Made by a program: the position numbers and the translations under genes. A DNA stretch of 64,000 nucleotides. Source: an uncultured Armatimonadetes bacterium (GTDB taxonomy: Bacteria > Armatimonadota > Hebobacteria > Hebobacterales > Hebobacteraceae). Under the pieces are notes generated by a model. That model searched no databases. It saw nothing but the letters and a program-made list of their open reading frames with translations, and had not been told where the DNA came from. Shown here piece after piece: positions 37,166 to 47,790 of this stretch (position 1 is its first letter; the number at the start of each line of letters is the position of its first letter). The DNA lies in the NCBI GenBank assembly GCA_963716175.1, contig OY970296.1:3264001-3328000 (forward strand). The letters are read 5' to 3'.

Positions 37166-38942
37166 CTAGCCCGCCGCGCTCAACCGCATGTCCTCAACGT
37201 GCAGACGCACCCGCACCTCGCCGCTCCATTCGTCCAACCGCGGCCGATGGCACACCTCCACCGCTGCCCCCGCGGCGAGTTGCTCGCTCCGCGCGCCCTG
37301 GCCGAACCAGATTCCTTCCACCACCCGACCCGATTCTTCCCGCAGCCGGAGGAGAGATGCAGGCCGTTCCCCACCGGCCTCGCCTCCATCACCCGCAGAG
37401 ACCGGGTGACCAGCACCGGAGCCGGGTTGCCCATGCCGAAGGGTGCCAGCCGGTTGAGCTCGGCCACGGTCTCGGGCGAGAGTTCGTCCAGGCCGGCCTC
37501 GCTGTCCACCGCGATCTCGCGCACCAGGTCCTCCCCGGTGAGGCAGCGGTCCGCGACCTCGTTGATCCGTCCCCGCAGCTCCGGCACTCGCTCGGCGGCG
37601 AGGCCGAACCCGGCTGCATACCGGTGCCCGCCGAAGCGGGTGAGCAGAGGCGCGCACTCGCGCAGCGCCTCCCAGAGGTTGAGCGCCGCGATGCTGCGGC
37701 CCGAGCCTTTGCCCATGCCATCGCTGAGGGCGATCAGCAGCACCGGGCGATGATGGCGCTCCACCAGCCGGGAGGCGACGATCCCGATCACCCCCGGATG
37801 CCAGCCCTCGCGGGCGAGTACGATCACCTTCTCCCGGTCCAGGTCCACTTCCCGCGCCAGCAGCTCCTCCGCCTCCGTCAGGGTTTGCAGCTCCTGCTCC
37901 CGCCGCCGGTCGTTCTGCTCGCAGAGGTGGAGTGCGAGCTGCCTCGCCTCCTCCGGATCGCGCGTCAGCAGCAAGCGCACCGCGGCCTGGGCGTGCTCCA
38001 TGCGACCGGCCGCGTTGATGCGGGGCGCCAGGCCGAACGCCACTTCCCGCGCGCTGATCTCCCCGCCGCATCCGGCGGCCTGGAGCAGCGCGGTGAGGCC
38101 GAGCTTCTTGGACTTGGGAAGGCGGAGCAGGCCGTGCTGGACGAACAGCCGATTTTCCCCCAGCAGGGGCACCACATCACCCACCGTGCCCAGGCAAACC
38201 AGATCGAGGAAGCGCAGCTCCGCCCTGGCAGGCAGGCCCCGCGCCACGCCAGCGCGCTCACCAGCTTGAAGGCCACACCTACGCCGGCGAGATCCTTGAA
38301 GGGGTAGGGACAATCCTCCCGCCAGGGGTTCAACACCGCCGCCGGCGGCAGCCGCTGCCCCGAGCCTGTCGCAGGATCCGCTGCGGGCCGGTGATGGTCG
38401 GTCACCACCACCTCCAGGCCCAGCTCGCGCGCCAGCGCCACTTCCGCCACCGCGGTGCTCCCGCAGTCCACCGTGATCAGCAGCTCGACGCCGCTGCCCT
38501 TGGCTTCCCGCACCGCCTCTTCGTTCACCCCATAGCCTTCATCCAGGCGATGCGGGATGTACCAGTCCACCTTCCCGCCCAGGCCGCGCAGCGCGCGCAC
38601 CAGCAAGGCAGTGGCGCAGACCCCGTCTACGTCATAGTCGCCGTAGATACGGATGAGGCCTCCCCGCGCCAGCGCCCCCTCCACCAGGGCCACCGCCCGG
38701 TCCATGTCTTTCATCTGGCCGGGATCGCAGAGGCCTTGCAGGTCGTGGGTGAGGAACAGCCGCGCCTGCTCCGGGCTGGTCACTCCCCGGCACACCAGCG
38801 CGCGAGCGGTGAGCCTCTGTAGGGCGGGCCTCCCCGTGCCCGCCAGCGTGAGCCGGTTGACCGCCGCCTCATCGGCCGGCTTCAGGGTCCAGCGGCACCC
38901 GGTCAGGCTGCGCTTCGCCGGGCCGCCGGACAGGTCAGTCAT
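37166..38942 (-). CDS. recJ: Single-stranded-DNA exonuclease RecJ, frameshifts near 38250 and 37352
   Basis: YGDYDVDG, TVDCG, TDHH, LAGVGVAFK; then GTVGDVVPL, APRINAAGR, GSGRS, FGGH, LAPFGMGNP; OB-fold end in third frame. Confidence 0.9.
38818..38844. repeat. REP unit in-frame inside recJ
   Basis: TGTAGGGCGGGCCTCCCCGTGCCCGCC, read as AGTGRPALQ. Confidence 0.7.
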
Positions 38943-39879
38943 CACTTCCCCCGGGCTCCACGTGAATCATCACCTCCGCCTCCGGGAGCCGAGACCTGAG
39001 GTCGCGTTCCAGGTGATCGCACAGGGCATGGGCCTTGGCCACCGATTCCTCGCCTGCCACCTCCAGATGCAGGTCAATGTAGCGCTGGGAGCCGGCCTTG
39101 CGAGTGCGCAGGCGATGGTAGCTGCTGAACTCGGGGTAGTGCTCTCTCAGCAGACTCTCGATCAGGGCGATCTCTTCCTCGGGCAGGGACCGGTCAACCA
39201 AGTGGCCCCAGGATCGGCGCGTGATGTCCCAGGCCGCCCGCGTGATCACTGCCGCTACCCCCAGCGCGATGATCGGGTCCAGGACGCTCGCCCTCCTCCA
39301 GCCCAGTTGTTCGGCGCCGGTGATGATCGCCAGCCCCACCAGCACGCCCACCGAGGTCCAGACATCGGTGCGCAGGTGCCAGGCGTCGGCCTCCAGGGCC
39401 ACCGAGTCGGTCTCTCTGGCGACGCGAAAGAGCATCCGAGACACGAACACATTCACCAGGGCCGAAACGCCCATCACCACCACGCCCCAGCCGACATGCT
39501 CGATCTCAGCGTGGTGGAATATGAGGCGGTGCAGCGCGCTCCACGCGATCATCACCACTGCGACCAGGATCAGCGCGCCCTCGGCCAGGCCGGAGAGGCT
39601 CTCGAACTTGCCATGGCCGAACTGGTGGTCGGCGTCGGCCGGCGTCCGCGAGGTGCGCACCGCGAGCAGGGCCATGATGGCAGCCACCAGGTCCAGCCCG
39701 GAGTGGAGGGCTTCGGAGAGCACGCTGACCGAGCCGGTGACAATGCCGGCCGCCAGCTTGAACCCGGTCAGGCAGGCATTGGAGAGCACTGAGACGCGCG
39801 CCGCCCGCGGCTTGGCCTCGCTCGCGGTCGGGGGCGGTTCTGACACTGTTGTGGCGCTCCCTCTCGAGTGGGAAGTCAT
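38935..39879 (-). CDS. Cation diffusion facilitator (FieF-like) transporter
   Basis: SEALHSGLD, DADHQFGHGKFE, ADAWHLRTD, IHVEP. Confidence 0.92.
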   Translation of the reverse strand: MTSHSRGSATTVSEPPPTASEAKPRAARVSVLSNACLTGFKLAAGIVTGSVSVLSEALHSGLDLVAAIMALLAVRTSRTPADADHQFGHGKFESLSGLAEGALILVAVVMIAWSALHRLIFHHAEIEHVGWGVVVMGVSALVNVFVSRMLFRVARETDSVALEADAWHLRTDVWTSVGVLVGLAIITGAEQLGWRRASVLDPIIALGVAAVITRAAWDITRRSWGHLVDRSLPEEEIALIESLLREHYPEFSSYHRLRTRKAGSQRYIDLHLEVAGEESVAKAHALCDHLERDLRSRLPEAEVMIHVEPGGSDD

Positions 39880-39915
39880 CTGGCGTTCCCCGTGCCCGCC
39901 CAGGGCGGACAAGCC

Positions 39916-41139
39916 TCAGAAACGCTTCTTGCGCTTGCGGCCGGCCTTCAGCTTCTTGCCGGCCGGCCGGGTGGCGGGCTTGCCCGCCGGCCGGGTAGTG
40001 GAGGCGCCCTGGCCTACCGGAGCTGGCGTCTCCACCAGCTCCGCCCGGCCGGCCATCGGCTCGGCCTGGGGCCGCGGCGCCTCCGGCCGCGTCGTTGCTG
40101 CTGGCGAGGCCGCCCGGGTTGGCCTCGCCGACACCGGGCGCGTGCTTCTCGCGGGGGCCGTCGCTGCCGGCCGGCCCCCCAGCGCCCGCCGTCGCGCCAG
40201 GGCCCGCTCCTCCCGGTTCTTCAGCACCACCATCAGTTGGCTGGCGTTGAAGATGGAGGAATAGGCTCCCACCGTCACGCCTACGATCAGGGCGAAGGTG
40301 AAGTCCCGCAGTGACACCCCGCCCAGCAGGTAGACCGCGACCAGCACCAGCTCCACCGTCAGCACCGTGTTCACTGATCGCGCCATGGTCTCGAGCAGGG
40401 AGATGTTCGCGGTCTGGGCGAAGGTGGCCCCCTTGCGCAGGCGCAGATTCTCCCGGATGCGGTCGAAGATGACAATGGTGTCGTGCACCGAGAACCCCAC
40501 CACGGTGAGCGCGGCCGCGACGAAGGGGCTGTTGATCTCCCGGTAAGTCATGGCGAAAACACCGATCAACACCAGCACATCGTGCACCAGCGCCACCAGC
40601 GCGCAGCTGCCCCACTGCCAGCCATGATAGCGGATCCAGACCCAGAGCAGGATGAACACCATCCCGGCCACCACAGACCAGACCGCGTTCCAGAGCAGCT
40701 CCTTGCTCACCACCGGGGTCACCATTTCGGCGGCCACGGTGCGAATGCCGGGGAAGGCCTGGTCGAGCGCGGCCTGGATCTTGGCCTGCTGTTCGGTGCG
40801 CACCTGCTCTTCGCTCTTGGTGGCCTCCCGCACGATCCGGGTGCGGACCAGGAGCTGGTCTTTGCCCATGGCGGTGCCGGCCACCTGCACCCTGGCTTCG
40901 ATGCCGGTCTTCTCAATCGCCGTTCCCGCCTTCGCCAAGGCCTCGGTCTCGCCGTCGGCGGCGAGGGGCTGAACCAGCTTATAGGTGATCAGGCCCCCAC
41001 CCTTGAAGTCGATCCCGTAGTTGAGGCCCCGCGTGGACCAGAAGGCGACCCCTGGCAGGATGATTAGCAGGGAGATGGCGAACCAGAGATTGCGCAGGTG
41101 CACCAGGTCCCACTTGCGTTCTCGAAATAGGTCTACCAA
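39916..41139 (-). CDS. secF: Protein translocase subunit SecF
   Basis: GIDFKGG, ALVHD, GFSVHDTIVIFDRIREN, GAYSSIF. Confidence 0.95.
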   Translation of the reverse strand: MVDLFRERKWDLVHLRNLWFAISLLIILPGVAFWSTRGLNYGIDFKGGGLITYKLVQPLAADGETEALAKAGTAIEKTGIEARVQVAGTAMGKDQLLVRTRIVREATKSEEQVRTEQQAKIQAALDQAFPGIRTVAAEMVTPVVSKELLWNAVWSVVAGMVFILLWVWIRYHGWQWGSCALVALVHDVLVLIGVFAMTYREINSPFVAAALTVVGFSVHDTIVIFDRIRENLRLRKGATFAQTANISLLETMARSVNTVLTVELVLVAVYLLGGVSLRDFTFALIVGVTVGAYSSIFNASQLMVVLKNREERALARRRALGGRPAATAPARSTRPVSARPTRAASPAATTRPEAPRPQAEPMAGRAELVETPAPVGQGASTTRPAGKPATRPAGKKLKAGRKRKKRF

Positions 41140-41173
41140 CTTTCCTCTCCCAGCAGTGCGGTCTGCGCTGCGC

Positions 41174-42877
41174 TCATGCCCCCTGTACCTCTTTCGCTGC
41201 CACCCCAAACAGCGAGAGATTGCCGGCCCTCCGCGACTCCACCGTCATGTTCATGAACAGGCGAGTCACCGTCACCGCCGTGAACAGGCTCACCCCCACG
41301 CCGATCACCAGCGCCACCGCGAACCCTTTGATGGGCCCAGTGCCGAAGTAGAAGAGCACGATGCCGGTGCCGATGCTGCACACGTTCGAGTCCAGAATCG
41401 CGGTCCAGGCCCGCTTGAATGCCGCCTCCACCGCGGACCGCAGCGTCTTGCCGGTGCGGATCTCCTCCTTCAGCCGCTCGAAGATGATGACATTGGCGTC
41501 CACCGCCATACCGATGGAGATGATCACCGCCAGAATCCCCGGCAGCGTCAGCACCTGGTTCACCAGCTTGATCGCCCCCATCAGCAGGATGCAGTACATG
41601 ATCAGTGCCATGTCGGCCAGCAGGCCGGGCAGCCGATAGTAGGCCACCATGAAGATCAGCACCAGCGCCATCCCCACCAGCCCCGCCATCAGGCTCTTGT
41701 GGAGAGCATCCTCTCCCAGCTCCGGGCTGATGGTGCGGTTTTCCACATACTCCAGGTCGAAAGGCAGCGCGCCCGCGTTCAGCAGGATGCTCAGATCCCG
41801 TGCCTCCTCCAGGCCCCCGGGCCGGTCGAACCCGCCCTCGATCACACCTTCGCCAGGGATCGTGGACTTGATGATCGGGCAAGAGATCATCTGCCCGTCC
41901 AGCACCACCGCCAGGTAGGCGCGGACATTGGCCCGGGTGAAGTTCTCGAAATCCTTGGCCGCCTGGCCCTTGAGCGCGAAGGTGACTGCAGTCGGGCGCC
42001 CGGGTACTGACACCACCCGGGAGGCGCTGGGCTTGAGATCACGCCCGGAGGCGATCACCGGAGATTGGTCAATCACCTGTGGGGTCGGCACCTCCTTGCT
42101 GGTAGGATCGGTGAAGGTGTACACCGGCCGCCCCTCCACCTTGCTCTCCACGGGCGCTTTCTCTCCATAGGCGTACCTGCGCGGGATGCCCCGGAACTGG
42201 AGGATGGCGGTCTTCCTGATCATCTTTTTCGCCTTCTCCGGATCTCTGATGCCGGGCAACTCCACGATGATCCGGTCGGGAGGCTCGCGCTGGATCAGCG
42301 GTTCCGCCACCCCGAAGGCGTTGATGCGGTTGTCCAGGATGCGCTCGATGCTGGCCAGATCGTTGCCGCTGATCGCCTGCATCCCCACCGCCTTCTCCTC
42401 GATCTTGGGGAAGTGGGCCTTCAGCAGGTCGAAGATGATCTGGGCCTGCCGCCGCATGTCCGCGCTGTCCCTGACCCGGGTGCGCACGGTGATGCGGGAG
42501 CTGGTGCGCTCCAGGTCCACCTCCCGCTTATCGGTGCCGATCTTGTCCATGGGCAGGAGGCTGACGATCAGCTCCCACACCTCCCCCTGCTTCTCCTCGG
42601 TGCGGGGGTCGTTCAGCTCGGGCGCGGAGAACTCGTAGATCCCCTCCCGCTGGGCCTGCAGCACCAGGTGGATGCCCCCCCTCAGGTCCAACCCCAGGGT
42701 GAGGCCGATGTGAGGCCGATAGAAGCGGAAGGGCCCCACCTGCTTCAGGGGCGCCACCGGCCTGCCAGTGTCCGGGTTACGGCGATCTCGCAGCTTGATC
42801 GGTTCCAACACGCCCAGCAAGGCGGCTATCACTAGCACCGTGACCCCGATGAGCCACCAGCGCGTGCGAGCCTGCAT
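41174..42877 (-). CDS. secD: Protein translocase subunit SecD
   Basis: LGLDLRGG, RINAFGVAEP, LNAGALP, GMAVDANVIIFER, IKGFA. Confidence 0.95.
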   Translation of the reverse strand: MQARTRWWLIGVTVLVIAALLGVLEPIKLRDRRNPDTGRPVAPLKQVGPFRFYRPHIGLTLGLDLRGGIHLVLQAQREGIYEFSAPELNDPRTEEKQGEVWELIVSLLPMDKIGTDKREVDLERTSSRITVRTRVRDSADMRRQAQIIFDLLKAHFPKIEEKAVGMQAISGNDLASIERILDNRINAFGVAEPLIQREPPDRIIVELPGIRDPEKAKKMIRKTAILQFRGIPRRYAYGEKAPVESKVEGRPVYTFTDPTSKEVPTPQVIDQSPVIASGRDLKPSASRVVSVPGRPTAVTFALKGQAAKDFENFTRANVRAYLAVVLDGQMISCPIIKSTIPGEGVIEGGFDRPGGLEEARDLSILLNAGALPFDLEYVENRTISPELGEDALHKSLMAGLVGMALVLIFMVAYYRLPGLLADMALIMYCILLMGAIKLVNQVLTLPGILAVIISIGMAVDANVIIFERLKEEIRTGKTLRSAVEAAFKRAWTAILDSNVCSIGTGIVLFYFGTGPIKGFAVALVIGVGVSLFTAVTVTRLFMNMTVESRRAGNLSLFGVAAKEVQGA

Positions 42878-43104
42878 TCACTGTGCCTTTCGCAGTGCGC
42901 GCCGCCGTAGGCCCGGGTGGGCCCGCCACCCTCAGGCGCGCGAAAAAGTTCCCGAAGTGGCCGGGCCCGCCTGTGGCTGGCCGCCATCCCGCTGGCTAGG
43001 CCCGCAGGGTCGCCATGGCGGTCGCCTGCCGGCGACCTAGCCGCCCTCCGGGCGCAGGGACCTCCGACCACACCCAGTGGCACCGAGCCGCTTCGGTTGA
43101 GGTC

Positions 43105-43133
43105 ATTATAGTGCCAGGCACCGGCTGTGTCAA
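43105..43133 (-). promoter_or_regulatory. Consensus sigma70 promoter for secDF operon
   Basis: TTGACA-N17-TATAAT perfect match, ~220 nt upstream of secD ATG. Confidence 0.85.
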
Positions 43134-43148
43134 CGCGACCCGCCATGC

Positions 43149-43290
43149 GGGTGTGACCCCAGATTTCTGGTCAGTGGTAATCGCGGTGCACGTCGCCGGG
43201 AGGAACGGGCTCCCACCGGCATGCGCACCCTCTTGGTGGGAGCCTCGTCCTCGAGGCGATCAGAACGACCAGGCAAACTCAGCCACACCC
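43149..43290. ncRNA. Candidate structured non-coding RNA (long rod with central bubble)
   Basis: Nested pairings GGGTGTG/CACACCC, CTGGTC/GACCAG, TCGCC/GGCGA, GAGGA/TCCTC, GGCTCCCACC/GGTGGGAGCC. Confidence 0.35.
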
Positions 43291-43419
43291 AGCCATCCCC
43301 GGTGTGACCGCTGAGGGCGGCCGGCGGCTGCATCGCGGCAGGCCGCCGTAGTCTTGCGGGGACGGCCAGGCCCCGACTTTGGCAGGGATGGGTCGGCCTG
43401 CGGTGAAGATGATAGCTAG

Positions 43420-44751
<1,332 letters not shown>

Positions 44752-44810
44752 GTACGAGTTCACTCTCGCCGAGAGTGAAGTGTTACTCGGGTAGGTGCAG
44801 GTTGGGGAGC

Positions 44811-45962
44811 ATGTACCAGGGCCGCGGCCCGTACGGCAGCCGGGCGAGGGGGGCCAGGCGGGGCGTCTGGCTGCTCCTGGCCGGCCTACTGATGGCGATG
44901 CTCTCACTGCCAGCCGGGGTCTCCGGCGCCAGCACCCGGGGTTGGGCCGCGGTGACGGGGTCTGTGGGCTGGTGGGACACCGACGTGCGCGGTCCCTTCA
45001 GGTCCTGCCGTATGATCCTGGCCTACAACAGTGGCGGCATGCCGCTGTGGACAGCCGATCGGTTCCGCTATTACGTTACTCATGTCGCCCCCAATGGCGC
45101 TCCCGACGGCTGGCTCTTCGACACGGTCCTGATGCTGGCGCTGGCCGCGGACTCCCAGCGCGGCTTCGAGCCAGGCTACGGCAATGGACCTTCCCGGGGC
45201 GAGGACTGGCGCTGGTATCTCGACCAGCGCCTCTTCGGCGGCAGCTCAGAGCTGGCCGAGTTGGAGCGGGCGGTGGCAGTCGCCGGCAAGGAGCTCGGCG
45301 ATCCGCGCCATGTGGTGCGGGTGGTGATTGCGGTGCCCTATCCCGATCCCAGGGCCACCGATTTCGGCGCCCTCGACGACGTGCCCCTCGATTTCAGCCG
45401 CACCGAGGATCGGGCAGCCGCAGTGAGATGGTATCTGCGAGGGGTGGCCCGACGCTGGACCGCAGGCCACTTCGAGCATCTGCGCTTGGGCGGGTTCTAC
45501 TGGCTGCGGGAGGAAGTGCCCGACAGCGACCGCGCCTTGCTCAAGCAGGTGTCCCGGCTGGTGGCCGGCCAGCTCGTGCCTTTCTACTGGATCCCGTACT
45601 ATGGCGGCAGCGGTTGGGACCAATGGCGGGAGCTGGGCTTCGACGTCGCCATCCAGCAGCCTAACTACTTCTTCTACCAGGTGCCTCCCGAGCGCCTGAA
45701 GGAGGCAGCCCACTTCGCCTGGGACCACCGCATGGGGGTGGAGATGGAGCTGGACCGCAGGGTGATGGAATCGGAGGAGCGGCGCAGCCGCTACCTCAGC
45801 TATCTCCGGGCTGGCGTGGACCAGGGATACCAGGAGGCCGGCACCCTCGCCTGGTACGACGACAGCGCCCTGCTGGAATGCGCCCGCTCCCAGGACCCGG
45901 CCGCCCGCCATCTCTATGACGCGACCTACGATTTCATCCGTGGCGTGTACCCCGGAGGCTAG
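44811..45962 (+). CDS. DUF4855 domain secreted protein (putative glycoside-hydrolase-like)
   Basis: Signal peptide; WLFD, LGGFYW..E, YWIPYY, W..LGFD.A..QPNYFF, GVEME. Confidence 0.78.
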   Translation: MYQGRGPYGSRARGARRGVWLLLAGLLMAMLSLPAGVSGASTRGWAAVTGSVGWWDTDVRGPFRSCRMILAYNSGGMPLWTADRFRYYVTHVAPNGAPDGWLFDTVLMLALAADSQRGFEPGYGNGPSRGEDWRWYLDQRLFGGSSELAELERAVAVAGKELGDPRHVVRVVIAVPYPDPRATDFGALDDVPLDFSRTEDRAAAVRWYLRGVARRWTAGHFEHLRLGGFYWLREEVPDSDRALLKQVSRLVAGQLVPFYWIPYYGGSGWDQWRELGFDVAIQQPNYFFYQVPPERLKEAAHFAWDHRMGVEMELDRRVMESEERRSRYLSYLRAGVDQGYQEAGTLAWYDDSALLECARSQDPAARHLYDATYDFIRGVYPGG

Positions 45963-46089
45963 AGCGCATTTCATAACCTACTTGCTGGCTGGCCGCACCA
46001 TGCCCTCGCATGAAATGCGCCTGCCACTGCCTGACGTTGTGCAGTGCTGTTTCATAACCTCCCCTGGGGAGGTTATGAAACAGCTTCTA
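45960..46089 (+). mobile_element. 130-bp MITE-like element, copy 1
   Basis: Imperfect terminal IR TAGAGCGCATTTCATAACCT / AGGTTATGAAACAGCTTCTA; 125/130 identical to reverse complement of 49561-49690. Confidence 0.8.
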
Positions 46090-46248
46090 GCGCTCCCAGC
46101 CCTGCCGCATTGCTCCCGGACCCGCCGGGGCCGCACCGCGAAAACCAGCTCCTGGCCGAGAGGGGGGCGCGGGATCGCGGCGAAGTCGCGTCCCGTTGAG
46201 TGATCGCGGTGATCCGTCCAATCTAACTCGGGAAGGGGGGTGTGCAAG

Positions 46249-46485
46249 GTGCAGATCACCTGCCCGAAGTGCAAGCAAGTGCAGGAGGCCGACAGCCGAA
46301 CCGCCACCTGTCCCAACTGCCGCACCGTGCTTCGGCGGTGCCTGGACTGCAGCAAGTACGACGTGCGCCTGTCCTTCTGCAAAGCCCTCAACAAGCCGGT
46401 CACCTCCGGCGAATCCCACTACCCTACCTACTCCTCGGCCAGCACCTACTGCCGCGAGTATCTGCCATCGGCGCCAGCCACCTGA
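46249..46485 (+). CDS. Small 8-Cys zinc-binding-like protein
   Basis: CPKC..CPNC..LRRCLDCSKYD..C..PT..STYC; paralog of 34689-34922 (start may be 46240). Confidence 0.72.
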   Translation: MQITCPKCKQVQEADSRTATCPNCRTVLRRCLDCSKYDVRLSFCKALNKPVTSGESHYPTYSSASTYCREYLPSAPAT

Positions 46486-46621
46486 TACCCATCTCCGGCC
46501 CCCGTTTGACCCGCGTGCGGCGGGGTATCATGAAAACGAGGCGTTACCACCGAGAGACGCAGGAATCGCGGCGAACGCTCTTGTTGGGTCATGTAGCAGG
46601 TCGTCTCTCGGAGGCCGGGAG

Positions 46622-47197
46622 ATGGCAGTAAAGGCGTTGCGCTGGAAAGAGGCCCGCCAGGCGCTGCAGGCCAGCGGCCTCGGAGTGGGCAGTTTGCTGG
46701 GGCTGCTCTGGCCCTTCGGCCGAGATCAGCGGGCGCGGGCCTTGCTGCGCGAGCGGCAGGCCGTGCTGGAAGCGAAGAACGCGGTAGTGGACTACCTGTT
46801 CCGGGCCCAGCGGGTGCTGGCCCCGTTCCGCCTGACCACCATGGAGCAGTTGCAGAAGGCGCTCCAGAACCCCGACAAGCGACAGCTCATCGCCTCCGTC
46901 GGCATCAACCGGGGGATGATGGAAGAGGCCCTCCATTCCCGCTACCATGCGGACGCGGGCAAGCCGCTGGACCGGGCCTTGGCCGAACTTCTGGCCGCAG
47001 GAGTGGTGCTGAAAGTGGCGCCGCTGTCCGGCCTTTCCCAGGAGATCTACGTGGCCGCGCAGGGGCGGCCCCGACCCGCCTTCGACCTCTCCGCTCTGAC
47101 CCGGCTACTGCAGGAAGGGCGAGACTACGGCAGTCAGCTCCGGGAGCGATACCGGCGGCAAGAGGCCACCGACAGAGGGCGCACCCATCGCATCTGA
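46622..47197 (+). CDS. Hypothetical protein
   Basis: GGAGG upstream of ATG; coding-like codon usage; no recognised family. Confidence 0.6.
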   Translation: MAVKALRWKEARQALQASGLGVGSLLGLLWPFGRDQRARALLRERQAVLEAKNAVVDYLFRAQRVLAPFRLTTMEQLQKALQNPDKRQLIASVGINRGMMEEALHSRYHADAGKPLDRALAELLAAGVVLKVAPLSGLSQEIYVAAQGRPRPAFDLSALTRLLQEGRDYGSQLRERYRRQEATDRGRTHRI

Positions 47198-47208
47198 GGC
47201 GCGCCGCG

Positions 47209-47628
47209 CTAGCGAGCCGTCGCAGGCCGCTTCGACTTCGGGGAGCCCTGCACGGCGCGCGTGCGCATGCCCGCCGCCCTGGTTGGCGAGGCCGGTTCCC
47301 GGTTGGCGCGTGGGATGAACACCAGCCGGCGCTCACCGTCTCGCACATAGCCCTCTCGCCGAGCTGCTCCCTCCAGGCCGGCCTCCGAGGCGAGGTGCCG
47401 CTTGTAGCTCTGCAGGCGCTCCTGCTCTGCCGCCAGAGTGGCCTTCTCCAGCCCCAATCGAGTGAGCTCTTCCTGCTTCCGCCGGGCCGCGGCCAGCGGG
47501 CCATAGAGCTTCACCAGCCCCACCAGCAGCACCAGCCCGACCAGGGCCACAAGCAGCCGCCGACCTACTCGCGGCCCTCGCCGCGATTTGCGCTGGGTGA
47601 AGCTAGACCGCCGACCACCCAAGCCCAT
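47209..47628 (-). CDS. Septum formation initiator FtsB/DivIC-like protein
   Basis: Single TM, coiled coil, LEGAARREGYVRDGE. Confidence 0.72.
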   Translation of the reverse strand: MGLGGRRSSFTQRKSRRGPRVGRRLLVALVGLVLLVGLVKLYGPLAAARRKQEELTRLGLEKATLAAEQERLQSYKRHLASEAGLEGAARREGYVRDGERRLVFIPRANREPASPTRAAGMRTRAVQGSPKSKRPATAR

Positions 47629-47642
47629 CGCCTCTCCTCCGA

Positions 47643-47669
47643 TGTCATTCCGAGCGCAGCGAGGGATCC
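47643..47669. repeat. REP-like half element
   Basis: TGTCATTCCGAGCGCAGCGAGGGATCC, related to the GAGCG..GCGA.GG core of the nested repeats. Confidence 0.45.
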
Positions 47670-47790
47670 TGGCCCCGCCGTGCACGCCGGGCAGGGGCGG
47701 AAGCGGCTAGGTCCCATGGGCCGCCACCCCGGCCCGAAACGGGCCTGGAGGCTCCTGCCACCCTCAGCTCCGCCGCCACCGCAGCCCATG

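Noticed and set aside
28337-37174. Identical 14-bp GCGGGCTAGCCATG stop-start junction at recG/rsmD and recJ/relA
   Set aside because: Short, GC-rich and constrained by stop and start codons; chance cannot be excluded
37166-38945. Programmed frameshifting or pseudogenisation of recJ and coaD
   Set aside because: No slippery heptamers or additional decay; sequencing error is more parsimonious
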